A DNA stretch of 64,000 nt from an uncultured Acidobacteriota bacterium (GTDB lineage Bacteria; Acidobacteriota; UBA6911; RPQK01): positions 11,264 to 75,263 of the forward strand of contig CAVUUN010000025.1 of the NCBI GenBank assembly GCA_963744645.1, given 5' to 3'. Of the stretch, positions 1-8,991 are shown one piece after another. The position numbers and the translations under genes were made by a program. How positions within the stretch are numbered: position 1 is the first letter of the stretch; the number at the start of each line of letters is the position of its first letter. The notes beneath the pieces were generated by a model that was not told the DNA's origin, ran no database searches, and saw only the letters and a program-made list of their open reading frames with translations.

Positions 1-1
1 T

Positions 2-1051
2 GAAGAGTTCGCGCCCCCAGGTCGGCCGGCCGGCCCCTCTGTCAGGGCGACCGCCTGGAATATCGAGCGCGGCATCCACCTCGAACGGATAGTCAGTATC
101 CTGGGCTGTCACCAGCTCATCTCGACTAGCGATCTGCTGCTGCTTACCGAGCTCGACTATGGGATGGCGCGTAGCGGAAACCGCTTCATCGCCCAGGAGA
201 TCGCCCGGAGCCTCTCTCTCAATTACGCCTTCGCCCCCTGTTATCTGAACCTGAACAAGGGAAGCGGGCTTGAGTCGGAAGTCACCGGCGACAACACTGT
301 CGCCCTCCATGGAAATGCGCTTTTTTCCCGCTATCCGATCCAGCAGGCTCACTCTCTGGCCTTGCCGAACGGAAAGGACAAAATGGGAGGCAAGGAAAAG
401 CGACTAGGCGCGCAGAGGGCGGTGATTGCGCTGGTCGATCACCCGCTTGGTTCGTTCTGGGCAGTGAGTCTGCACCTGGACGCTCATTCCAGTCAAAAGC
501 ACCGGTGCAGCCAGATGCGTCTCGTGCTCGACCATCTGGATACCCTGAAGTCCAAGCGGCCGATCCTGATCGGTGGAGATTGGAACACATCCACTTACAA
601 CTCCAAGCGGGCGACCTACTCAATCCTGGGGTACTGGCGCCGGGTGATGATGGGGGTACGCAACGTGATCAAGAATCACTACCCCTATCCGGAGCGCTGG
701 TTTGAACGCCACCTTTTCCGTGAGTTGGAGAGGCGAGGCTACCACTACAGGGACCTCAATGTTCTCGGCGCTTGCACCCTGCACTACGACGTCAAGGACC
801 TGGCGCTGAACAAGAACATGGGCGACTGGATCCCCAAGTGGTGCTTCTGGTTCATCAACTGGGCACTTCAACAAAACACGGGGAACGAAGGGCGTTGTTC
901 GCTCAAACTCGACTGGTTTGCCGGGAGGGGGATCCGGCCGGCGGCTACCCAACGTCCCTCAGTGATCCACGACATTCGACAGACGGAAACCATCTCGGAT
1001 CACGATCCCATCCTGCTCGATTTCCTCTTTGACGGGAACGCAACTCGTTGA
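2..1051 (+). CDS. Endonuclease/exonuclease/phosphatase (EEP) family protein, 5' partial (reading frame is open to the window start)
   Basis: The frame-2 translation from nt 2 reads ...RATAWNIERGIHLERIVSIL... and continues into the 164..1051 ORF. This is the EEP-fold N-terminal motif with conserved Asp/His residues downstream. No stop codon occurs upstream inside the window. Confidence 0.6.
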   Translation, partial: EEFAPPGRPAGPSVRATAWNIERGIHLERIVSILGCHQLISTSDLLLLTELDYGMARSGNRFIAQEIARSLSLNYAFAPCYLNLNKGSGLESEVTGDNTVALHGNALFSRYPIQQAHSLALPNGKDKMGGKEKRLGAQRAVIALVDHPLGSFWAVSLHLDAHSSQKHRCSQMRLVLDHLDTLKSKRPILIGGDWNTSTYNSKRATYSILGYWRRVMMGVRNVIKNHYPYPERWFERHLFRELERRGYHYRDLNVLGACTLHYDVKDLALNKNMGDWIPKWCFWFINWALQQNTGNEGRCSLKLDWFAGRGIRPAATQRPSVIHDIRQTETISDHDPILLDFLFDGNATR

Positions 1052-1072
1052 CTGGGGTGGCTCTCCCGCGGC

Positions 1073-2602
1073 TCACTTTGTCTTGCGCAGGCGGTAGGTC
1101 TGTTCGAAACCGCTCCCTTTGTCGACGATCCTCAGTTCAATCACGCCCCGGTCATCGCACGCGTAGACCTCGTCGATCACCTGCCGCTCGGCCGGAGCCT
1201 GCCTGGTCACGTCCACGCAGTCCCAGGTTCCCGCCTTCTGCAGCTGCCTGTCGTAAGGGAAGCAGACCGGATCCCAGGAAGAGACGTCTCCGGACGGCTC
1301 CCCTGATGGACCGAGTCTCGTGCACTCCAGATAGCGAAAATATCCTATGTTGTGTGCGGGCTGATAGGTTCGCGTGTGGACCAGCGGCGGTTGTCCGCCT
1401 GACGGCAGAGGCAGGTCCTTCTCGAAAATCGAATCGAACACGACCCGGGTACCATGTTCGGCCTCCCGCCACACCCCGAAATGGCGAGAGAAGCGATCAC
1501 GCACTTTGCTTCGCTGGCCGGCATCGGCCGAGATCGCCAAACCGATAGCAGTCGCGGCGAACGGATAAGGAGAACGCACGACTCTCCTGCTGTAGCGTTC
1601 CCGGAGAATCCTCGCCACGATCGGAAGGTCGCAGGAGCCACCGACCATGTATAGAGCGGAGACGCCGCTCCACGGGTCTTCACCCCCGAATGCCCGACCG
1701 ACGGCGAGTTCAACCAATTCGAGCGTCCGTTCCACCAACGGCCGGCACGACTCGTAGAACACCGCGGCAGGGACCGACACCTGATCCAAGTCCGGAATCA
1801 GCCCAGTCGTATCGACAACCACGCGGCGACTGTTCGGGTTCAGGCCTTCCTTGGCTTCCCGGCAAGCCTCGAGCAGGCGCGACTGGCGACCGGGGTCAAG
1901 GGAGGAGCAGCCCGCCGCCTCAAGCACCAGGCCGGCCAGGATATTGTCAAAATCGTCCCCTCCGAGCCGCCCGATGCCCTCGCTGGTAATCACCTCGTGT
2001 CCATCTTCCCTGGTGGCGATCACGGAGACGTCGAAGGTGCCGCCGCCCAGGTCGTACACGACCAGATGTTCCCGACGCCCGGACTGCCGGGCCCCATAGC
2101 GATGGGCAAACTCGATGCCTGCCGCCGACGGCTCGTTCGTCATCCCAGTCACCTGGAATCCGGCCCGCCGGAACCCCTCCAGTGTCAGAAAGCGTTGGTT
2201 GCTGTTCGCGTTTGCCGGAACGGCGACGAAACCAGCGAGCGTTTCACGGCGCCCGATCACCAGATTCGAGCGGTGGGCGAGATCCTCGGCCAACTGGTGG
2301 AAGAAGCCGGTCAGGACGTCGATAACCGGCATGCGGTAACCACCGAGATCGAGGGCATCATCCGGTCCTGTTTCCGCCAAGGCTCGCTTGAAGGATCGGA
2401 TCACGGTCCAGTCAGGCTCGTTCAGCTTGTTCTCCGCCTCCAGTCCGTAGAGCACGCGCCCGCTGCCATCGCTCGCAAGGAGCGAAGGATACCAGTGGCG
2501 AGTGTCGTCGTTGTGACCAACGAAACCGACAACCGGATAGTTGCCGCGGTCAGCGACTGATACGGCCGTCCGGGTGGTGCCGAAGTCAATTCCCAAGCGC
2601 AT
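1073..2602 (-). CDS. Hsp70-family (actin-like ATPase) protein with a unique C-terminal domain of about 130 aa
   Basis: The N-terminus reads MRLGIDFGTTRTAVSV, the Hsp70/actin phosphate-1 motif, and DLGGGTFDVS is the phosphate-2 motif. The protein is 509 aa and lacks a canonical substrate-binding domain. Confidence 0.7.
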   Translation of the reverse strand: MRLGIDFGTTRTAVSVADRGNYPVVGFVGHNDDTRHWYPSLLASDGSGRVLYGLEAENKLNEPDWTVIRSFKRALAETGPDDALDLGGYRMPVIDVLTGFFHQLAEDLAHRSNLVIGRRETLAGFVAVPANANSNQRFLTLEGFRRAGFQVTGMTNEPSAAGIEFAHRYGARQSGRREHLVVYDLGGGTFDVSVIATREDGHEVITSEGIGRLGGDDFDNILAGLVLEAAGCSSLDPGRQSRLLEACREAKEGLNPNSRRVVVDTTGLIPDLDQVSVPAAVFYESCRPLVERTLELVELAVGRAFGGEDPWSGVSALYMVGGSCDLPIVARILRERYSRRVVRSPYPFAATAIGLAISADAGQRSKVRDRFSRHFGVWREAEHGTRVVFDSIFEKDLPLPSGGQPPLVHTRTYQPAHNIGYFRYLECTRLGPSGEPSGDVSSWDPVCFPYDRQLQKAGTWDCVDVTRQAPAERQVIDEVYACDDRGVIELRIVDKGSGFEQTYRLRKTK

Positions 2603-2690
2603 TCCGCCCTCCTAGCGTCAACCTCGCCTTGACGCGGTCGGTAATCATTCATTACCATCCCGCTTTTAACGAAAGTATCGGAAAACTTCA

Positions 2691-4277
2691 ATGGTCGTCA
2701 GACTCCTCAAGAAACTCGTCTCGCGCAGCGCCCTTCTTATCCTTTCCGGCATCTTCCTGGGTATAGTTCTCCTGTTGGGGAGTCACGAAGCGAGCAGGAT
2801 GACTTCGACAGATGACTTCTGCTTCGAAGCTTGCCATGTCCATCCCCATTCAACCATCTCCTGGAAGCTCTCCACCCACTACAAGAACAAAAGCGGAATC
2901 ATAATTCGCTGCGTGGACTGCCACCTCCCGCCCGAGGGAATCTATTACTATACCGAGAAAGCCCGGACCGGATCGAGGGACGTCTACGGCAAGCTATTCA
3001 AGGACGTATCGAAGATCGATTGGGAGGCAAAATCGGCGCTCGAGTACGCCAAAACTTACACCTACGATGAGTCCTGCATGCGCTGTCACCAGGATCTTTA
3101 CAGCCTGAACCTCAGCAAGAAAGGGATCCAGGCGCACGAGAACTACCTGAAGAGCCAGGACAAGGGCGTCCGCTGCATCAACTGCCACTTGCACGTGGGC
3201 CATTACACCGACAAGCCTCTCGTGCCGACTGAGCTGGAGATGACCTCTGCAGAGGGGACCACAGCCACAACGACATTTGTCGCTCCACGTCCGCGAAAAC
3301 TGCCTCCCCCGCCGCCGCCCGGACCCATTCCCGGGGAGAAGTTCGAAACCTATACGGAAACGATTCCCGGCACCAGTATCAAGTTCGACATGGTGGCCAT
3401 CCCGGCAGGCACTTTCCAAATGGGGAGTCCGCGGGACGAACCATACCGGCGTCCCAACGAAGGCCCGCTTCACAAGGTCAACGTGACCGCGTATTGGATG
3501 GGGAAGGCGGAGGTGACGTGGGCCGAGTTTGAGGAGTTCTATTCGCAGACCGCGACCCGAGGCAAGAATGAAAAGGGGATCGTGTTGAAGAACGAGGATG
3601 CGGCCGACGCGATCACCGGACCGACTCCGCCTTACGGTTCTCCCGACCAGGGTTGGGGAAAGGGCGACCGGCCCGCGATCACCATGACGCATCACGCGGC
3701 GACCAAGTATTGCGAGTGGCTCACCCGGGTCACCGGAAAACGGTACCGGCTTCCGACCGAGGCGGAATGGGAATACGCCTGCCGCGCGGGCACGAAAACG
3801 CCGTACTTCTTCCCGGGCGACCCGACCGACTTCACCAAACTTTATTGGCTCAACCGTTTCTTTGGTGTAGATACTCAACCGGTGGCCGATTTCTCCAAGT
3901 ACGGAATGAACAGCGGGCGAAAGAGCTACCCGCCCACCGCGGTCAAACCGAACCCGTGGGGGTTGTTGAACATGCTCGGGAACGTCAAGGAGTTTTGCCT
4001 TGACTGGTATGAACCCGCGGCCTATTCTCAGTACTCAGGAGAGGAAGCAGTAGATCCTGCGGGGCCTGAAGAGGGGACGGAGCACGTAATTCGCGGAGGT
4101 TCTTTCAAGAGCGATGCTGTTGACCTTCGATCGGCGGCCCGTGATTTCACCAGGACGGATGCCTGGCTCGCCACTGATCCGCAATCGCCCAAGAGTATCT
4201 GGTGGTATTCCGATTCCAACGATGTCGGCTTCCGAATCGTTCGCGAGTTCGAAGGGGAGTTGCCGCCCAACCAATAG
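2691..4277 (+). CDS. Membrane-anchored NapC/NirT-type tetraheme cytochrome c fused to an FGE-sulfatase (SUMF1-like) domain
   Basis: An N-terminal transmembrane helix is followed by the heme motifs CFEACH (CX3CH), CVDCH, CMRCH and CINCH. A Pro-rich linker (PPPPPPGPIPG) precedes an FGE domain recognised by YRLPTEAEWEYACRAG and RGGSF. Confidence 0.7.
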   Translation: MVVRLLKKLVSRSALLILSGIFLGIVLLLGSHEASRMTSTDDFCFEACHVHPHSTISWKLSTHYKNKSGIIIRCVDCHLPPEGIYYYTEKARTGSRDVYGKLFKDVSKIDWEAKSALEYAKTYTYDESCMRCHQDLYSLNLSKKGIQAHENYLKSQDKGVRCINCHLHVGHYTDKPLVPTELEMTSAEGTTATTTFVAPRPRKLPPPPPPGPIPGEKFETYTETIPGTSIKFDMVAIPAGTFQMGSPRDEPYRRPNEGPLHKVNVTAYWMGKAEVTWAEFEEFYSQTATRGKNEKGIVLKNEDAADAITGPTPPYGSPDQGWGKGDRPAITMTHHAATKYCEWLTRVTGKRYRLPTEAEWEYACRAGTKTPYFFPGDPTDFTKLYWLNRFFGVDTQPVADFSKYGMNSGRKSYPPTAVKPNPWGLLNMLGNVKEFCLDWYEPAAYSQYSGEEAVDPAGPEEGTEHVIRGGSFKSDAVDLRSAARDFTRTDAWLATDPQSPKSIWWYSDSNDVGFRIVREFEGELPPNQ

Positions 4278-4310
4278 CAGTCATAACCGGTCATTCTGAA
4301 GGAGAACTTT

Positions 4311-5636
4311 ATGTCTAACGAGAACAGCTTGAACCGCCGTCACTTCATTGGGACGGTGGCTGCCGCCGGCGCATTTGCCGCCGCGTGCAGCAAGGCGGCC
4401 GACGATTTCGGCTACATGGAGAAAGCACCGGCCGGTAAAGAGCTCAAAGCCGGTCTGATCGGCTGCGGAGGCCGGGGCACCGGCGCCGCTCTCGATTTTT
4501 TGAAGGCGGGCGACGGCCTCCAGATCGTGGCACTCGGCGATGTGTTCCAGGATAGGCTGGATCGCGCCCGCGGGGAAATCGCTGAAAAGGGCAAGCAGAA
4601 GGTGGCCGATGACAAGTGCTTCATTGGATTTGATGCCTTTCAAAAGGTCATCGACTCCGGCGTCGACCTCGTCCTGATCGCGACGCCGCCTCACTTCCGT
4701 CCCCAGCACTTTGCCGCGGCCGTGGATGCCAAGAAGCATGTTTTCATGGAAAAGCCGGTGGCGGTGGATCCGGTCGGAGTCCGTTCCATCATCGACAGCG
4801 CGCAGAAAGCCAAAACCCTGCAACTGAGCGTCGTCACCGGGACCCAGCGTCGCCACCAGCCGAGCTACATCCAGGCGTTCAACAAGATCAAGAGCGGGGC
4901 CATTGGGGAGATCATCTCAGCCCGTGTGCTCTGGAATCAGGGCCAACTCTGGTACCGGGAGCGGGAGCAGGGATGGACCGACATGGAATGGCTGATCCGC
5001 GACTGGGTTAACTGGGTTGCGATGTCCGGCGATCACATCGTCGAGCAGCACGTCCATAACCTCGATGTCATGACATGGTTCATGGGAGAGTACCCGGCCA
5101 AGGCGGTTGGCTTCGGCGGCCGCGCCCGTCGCGTCACCGGCGACCAGTACGACTTCTTCAGTGTCGATTACGAGATGCCCAGCGGCCGGCATGTCCACAG
5201 CATGTGCCGCCAGATCGACGGATGCGCCAACGACGTTTCCGAGTACTTCTACGGAACCAACGGCTGGGCGAGTTTCGGGAAGGACTGCATCATCTACAAG
5301 AAGGACAACACGGTCGCCTGGCAGTATAGCGTCCAGAAGGAAGAGGCAGCCGCTGCCCAGACCGGAACCGAGAAACGTGACAACCCGTACGAGCTCGAGC
5401 ATGTCGATCTGGTGAATGCGATCCGGACGGCAACGCCGTTCAACGAGGCGGAAAACACCGCCAAGTCCACCTTGACCGGCATTATGGGTCGCGAAGCGGC
5501 CTATACGGGCCGAGCGATAACCTGGGATGAAATCATGAAGTCCGACATGCGAATCGGACCGACCGCGTACGCCCTCGGACCGGCGCCAGTGGAAGTGAAA
5601 CTGGCCGTCCCCGGCAAACCGAAGTCGGAATCGTAG
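4311..5636 (+). CDS. Gfo/Idh/MocA-family oxidoreductase with a Tat signal
   Basis: The N-terminus carries a twin-arginine signal (RRHFIGTVAAAGAFAAA). A Rossmann fold (GLIGCGGRG) is followed by a Gfo/Idh/MocA C-terminal domain. Confidence 0.7.
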   Translation: MSNENSLNRRHFIGTVAAAGAFAAACSKAADDFGYMEKAPAGKELKAGLIGCGGRGTGAALDFLKAGDGLQIVALGDVFQDRLDRARGEIAEKGKQKVADDKCFIGFDAFQKVIDSGVDLVLIATPPHFRPQHFAAAVDAKKHVFMEKPVAVDPVGVRSIIDSAQKAKTLQLSVVTGTQRRHQPSYIQAFNKIKSGAIGEIISARVLWNQGQLWYREREQGWTDMEWLIRDWVNWVAMSGDHIVEQHVHNLDVMTWFMGEYPAKAVGFGGRARRVTGDQYDFFSVDYEMPSGRHVHSMCRQIDGCANDVSEYFYGTNGWASFGKDCIIYKKDNTVAWQYSVQKEEAAAAQTGTEKRDNPYELEHVDLVNAIRTATPFNEAENTAKSTLTGIMGREAAYTGRAITWDEIMKSDMRIGPTAYALGPAPVEVKLAVPGKPKSES

Positions 5637-5649
5637 GGCGATTCGGTTC

Positions 5650-5765
5650 AACGACCCCAAGGACCACAAGGACCACAAGGACCATCAAGGACGAAAGCGA
5701 AGGCAATGCAGGCTTTCGTCTTTGTCGTCTTTGATGTCCTTGACGTCTTTGTGGTCCTTTCCTGT
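5650..5765. repeat. Tandem-repeat palindromic hairpin between convergent genes; arms are (CAAGGACCA)n and (TGGTCCTTG)n
   Basis: The arms are direct 9-bp repeats followed by their reverse complement, visible in the sequence. The element lies between the stop codons at 5636 and 5793. Confidence 0.8.
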
Positions 5766-5792
5766 CCCCGCCCGCGCTACCCGAGATCGGGA

Positions 5793-6536
5793 CTAGTCCC
5801 TTAGCAGCAGCATCCCGACGATCCCGAGGAAGAAAAAGAAGAGCTGCATCAGCGATGACCCGAGGGCCTTTTCCTTGTGGAGTTGAGGGATCAGATCGGC
5901 GCCGGCAATGTAAATGAAGCCCCCGGCGGCGAAGGGTGCGAGGAACGTCACGAGACCGCTGGATACATCCCGCAGGGCGATGGTCAGGATCAGCCCGCCC
6001 AACGCAATGGCGCCGGTTATGAAGTTGTACAGCAGCGCCTTCCCACGACTGAAGCCCCCATGGAGAAGGACTCCGAAGTCACTCATTTCCTGCGGAATTT
6101 CGTGAAGGAGAACCGCAAAGGTCGTGGCCACGCCTACACGGGTGTCCAGCAGGTAGGCTGCGGTGATGACCGCGCCGTCAATGAAGTTGTGGACCCCGTC
6201 ACCAAACAGGTTCATGTAGGCAAAGGATTCGACGTGGACCTCACCCGTGGGGGAATGCTGATGCCGCCAGTGGATGACTTTTTCGACGAAGAATGAGAAG
6301 GCGATCCCGCTGAGCACGAACAGCGAGACATTGACGCTGAACCCTTGTCGCTTGACCGCTTCAGGGAGAAGGTGGATAAAGGCGTCTCCGAAGAGGCTCC
6401 CGGAACTAAAGCTTACCAGGGCGATGATCACGTAATTCGCCAGCCGGCCGCGCAAGGCCAGCAGGCCGAGTCCCACCAGCGAAAACAGGCTGACCAGCAC
6501 GACACTGGCCAAAGCATAGAGTACCGGCGTGCTCAA
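5793..6536 (-). CDS. zupT: ZIP-family zinc/iron permease (ZupT-like)
   Basis: The protein has the HEIPQEMSDFGVLL ZIP signature and is a polytopic membrane protein of about 247 aa. Confidence 0.65.
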   Translation of the reverse strand: MSTPVLYALASVVLVSLFSLVGLGLLALRGRLANYVIIALVSFSSGSLFGDAFIHLLPEAVKRQGFSVNVSLFVLSGIAFSFFVEKVIHWRHQHSPTGEVHVESFAYMNLFGDGVHNFIDGAVITAAYLLDTRVGVATTFAVLLHEIPQEMSDFGVLLHGGFSRGKALLYNFITGAIALGGLILTIALRDVSSGLVTFLAPFAAGGFIYIAGADLIPQLHKEKALGSSLMQLFFFFLGIVGMLLLRD

Positions 6537-6559
6537 GAATCCTCCCCCCTCGAACCCGG

Positions 6560-7582
6560 CTATTTCAGATTACCCAGCCGCTTGGCCCTCGATTCGGCGA
6601 TGAGCGAGAGCTCAGACGCCAGAAAGGTGTGTGACTGGGGCAGGGCGGTCTCCGTCCGATTCAGAACGTCGTTGACCAATTGCCCGCCGTACGGCAGCGG
6701 GACATCATCGCAATCGAGATAGCGGCTGCTCTTGCTGTCCACCAGGAACAGGTGGTTCCCGCCTTCCCTTCCCGAGATGTCGATGTTCTTTCGAAGCTCG
6801 ATGTACCCGTCCGTCCCCAGCAAAATGAGCCGCCCGTCGCCCCAGGTCCCCAGTCCGCCGGGCGTGAACCAATCGACCCTGATGTAGCCGGTCGCGTGAT
6901 CGCTGCGCAGCATCATGTCTCCGAAATCCTCAAGTCCCAAATGATCCGGATGATGGAAATTTCCGACCTGCGAGGCTGCGACCTCGGCTGATTTCGAATC
7001 GGTGAAAAACAGAAACTGGTCAATCTGGTGGGATCCGATGTCCACAAGGATTCCCCCGTACTTGTCTTTTTCGAAGAACCAGGCGGGCCGGCTTTTCAGG
7101 TTTGTCTGGTGAGGGCCGAGGCCGACCGTCTGGACCACTTGCCCGATGGCTCCGGCTTTGACCATCTCACCAGCCTTCACGGTTGCCTTGTTCCCCAGTC
7201 TCTCGCCGAAAAAGATCGAGAAGATCCTCTTGGTTTCGGCTTGAACCCGCCGCGCTTCTTCCAGTTGCCTTGCCGTCGTAAAGGCGGGTTTGTCGGACAT
7301 GTAGTCTTTGCCGTGCTTCATCGCCGCGATTCCGATGTCGGCTCGTTCGCTCGGTATTGCTGCACTGGCGATCAAATGGATGCTCTTGTCTTCCAGAATC
7401 TGCGCCATGGATTCCGCCTGTAGCGCGTCCGGATAACGGCGCTTGAATGCCGCGACCAGATCGGGCTCCTTCGCATAGAACGAGACGAGCTTCCCTCCGC
7501 CCTCCTGAAGCGCCTCCACCTGCCCGTATATATGCCCGTGATTCAGACCGATCGCGGAAAACCGTATCTTCTCAGGTGCCAT
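6560..7582 (-). CDS. Gfo/Idh/MocA-family oxidoreductase
   Basis: The N-terminus has the Rossmann motif IGLNHGHIYGQ. The start is assigned to MAPEK because a GGAGGG ribosome-binding site lies 6 nt upstream. Confidence 0.65.
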   Translation of the reverse strand: MAPEKIRFSAIGLNHGHIYGQVEALQEGGGKLVSFYAKEPDLVAAFKRRYPDALQAESMAQILEDKSIHLIASAAIPSERADIGIAAMKHGKDYMSDKPAFTTARQLEEARRVQAETKRIFSIFFGERLGNKATVKAGEMVKAGAIGQVVQTVGLGPHQTNLKSRPAWFFEKDKYGGILVDIGSHQIDQFLFFTDSKSAEVAASQVGNFHHPDHLGLEDFGDMMLRSDHATGYIRVDWFTPGGLGTWGDGRLILLGTDGYIELRKNIDISGREGGNHLFLVDSKSSRYLDCDDVPLPYGGQLVNDVLNRTETALPQSHTFLASELSLIAESRAKRLGNLK

Positions 7583-7626
7583 GAGCTTCCCTCCCTGTAG
7601 ATCCAATAGGCTGCTATTATGACGAA

Positions 7627-8847
7627 ATGTCGAATTCGGCGGAAGTCATCGTTGCAGGCCATATCTGCCTGGACATCATCCCCCGCTGGCATCAGAGCAA
7701 AGTCGAGCTCGAAGCCCTTCTCGTACCCGGCAAGCTCGTCGAAGTCGGCCCGCCTGTCATGTCGACCGGCGGAGTGGTGTCAAATACCGGCCTGGCGCTC
7801 CACCGCCTCGGCGTACCGACCCGCCTGGTCGGAAAAATCGGCGCCGATCTCTTCGGCGAGGCGATCCTCGGGATTCTGCGCGGTTACGGGGCGGAACTGG
7901 CCAACGGCATGATCGTCTCACCTGGAGAATCGAGCTCGTACACGGTGGTAATCAGTCCGCCTGGTACCGACCGGATTTTCTTCCACTCTCCCGGCGCCAA
8001 CAACACTTTTGACGCACGGGACATCGGCTCGCTCGATTTTGGCGACGCCCGGGTATTTCATTTTGGCTATCCGCCGCTGATGCAGAAGATCTACGAGCGA
8101 AACGGGGAGGAACTCGAGAAGATCTTTAGAATCGCCAGGCAGAAAGGATTGACCACGTCGCTCGACATGGCCTGGCCCGATCCGAGCTCTCCCGCCGGCC
8201 GGGCCGACTGGCGAACCATCCTCGCACGGGTACTTCCCCTTGTCGACATCTTCTGTCCGGGCCTGGATGAGATCTCGTACATGCTCGATCCCGCCCGGTA
8301 TCTGGAGCATGAGAGAGCCGGAACCTCAGTGGCGTGCCTTGCCGATTCCAACACACTTGGGGATACCGCGGCGACTCTCATCGATATGGGGGCCTGCGTC
8401 GTAGCCCTGAAACTGGGGGATGCGGGACTCTACCTCAGGACTTCAGGAGACCCGGACCGCTGGGCGAGGTTCGGATCCGGGGCTCCGGCGAACAGGCAAA
8501 TGTGGCTGGGCCGCGAGCTCCTCGCACCCTGCTTTCAAGTCGTGGTCGCGGGAACAACCGGGGCCGGCGATTGCGCGATCGCAGGATTCCTGGCAGCTTT
8601 GCTGGGCGGGCGCTCGCCGGAAGAAACGATGACGGCCGCAGTCGCGGTTGGGGCCTGTAATTGCGAAAAGGCGGACGCGACAAGCGGCATCCCGGATCTC
8701 AGCTCGGTTCTCGCACGGATTGATGCAGGTTGGAACCGACTCCCGACCGGCGTTCACCTGGCGCGTGAGTGGAAGTACCTGGATAGCCCGGGCGTTTGGC
8801 GAGGCCCGGCGGAGTTTCGGGGGGAGTTTCGGGGACACAAAACTTAA
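7627..8847 (+). CDS. PfkB-family carbohydrate kinase; C-terminal tail runs into a MITE-like repeat
   Basis: The C-terminal region has the PfkB motif GTTGAGDCAIAGF. The last roughly 12 codons (AEFRGEFRGHKT) are encoded by the repeat element at 8810-8850. Confidence 0.65.
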   Translation: MSNSAEVIVAGHICLDIIPRWHQSKVELEALLVPGKLVEVGPPVMSTGGVVSNTGLALHRLGVPTRLVGKIGADLFGEAILGILRGYGAELANGMIVSPGESSSYTVVISPPGTDRIFFHSPGANNTFDARDIGSLDFGDARVFHFGYPPLMQKIYERNGEELEKIFRIARQKGLTTSLDMAWPDPSSPAGRADWRTILARVLPLVDIFCPGLDEISYMLDPARYLEHERAGTSVACLADSNTLGDTAATLIDMGACVVALKLGDAGLYLRTSGDPDRWARFGSGAPANRQMWLGRELLAPCFQVVVAGTTGAGDCAIAGFLAALLGGRSPEETMTAAVAVGACNCEKADATSGIPDLSSVLARIDAGWNRLPTGVHLAREWKYLDSPGVWRGPAEFRGEFRGHKT

Positions 8848-8990
8848 TTCCTGCGCAGACGGGACGAGCGCATTTACGGGATACGGCGGAGTTTCGGGGA
8901 CACAAGACTTAATTCCTTTGCTGACGGGAAGGGTGCATTTACGGGAAGGGAATTAAGTATTATGTCCCCGAAACTGAAAGGGGAATCCTT
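8810..8990. repeat. MITE-like hairpin element, copy 1; composite of two left ends and one right end
   Basis: Inverted ends GAGTTTCGGGGACACAA(A/G)ACTTAATTCC and GGAATTAAGTATTATGTCCCCGAAACT flank loops of 30-37 bp. The same ends recur at 7 other sites in the window. Confidence 0.85.
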
Positions 8991-8991
8991 G

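Noticed and set aside
1152-2099. Multiple 60-190 aa ORFs overlapping the Hsp70-like gene on both strands, and similar overlapping ORFs across the window.
   Set aside because: These are overlapping frames within a gene that has clear Hsp70 motifs. No independent support exists for them.
8962-8991. ORFs beginning MSPKL, M(G/T)ELSIMSP(K/R)L and similar (8962, 50465, 48882-50078 N-terminus, 58394-58594 and others) as genuine N-termini.
   Set aside because: The MSPKL codons are the ATTATGTCCCCGAAACT end of the MITE-like repeat. They recur verbatim at unrelated genes. The true starts are the next in-frame Met, which has a ribosome-binding site and homology support.
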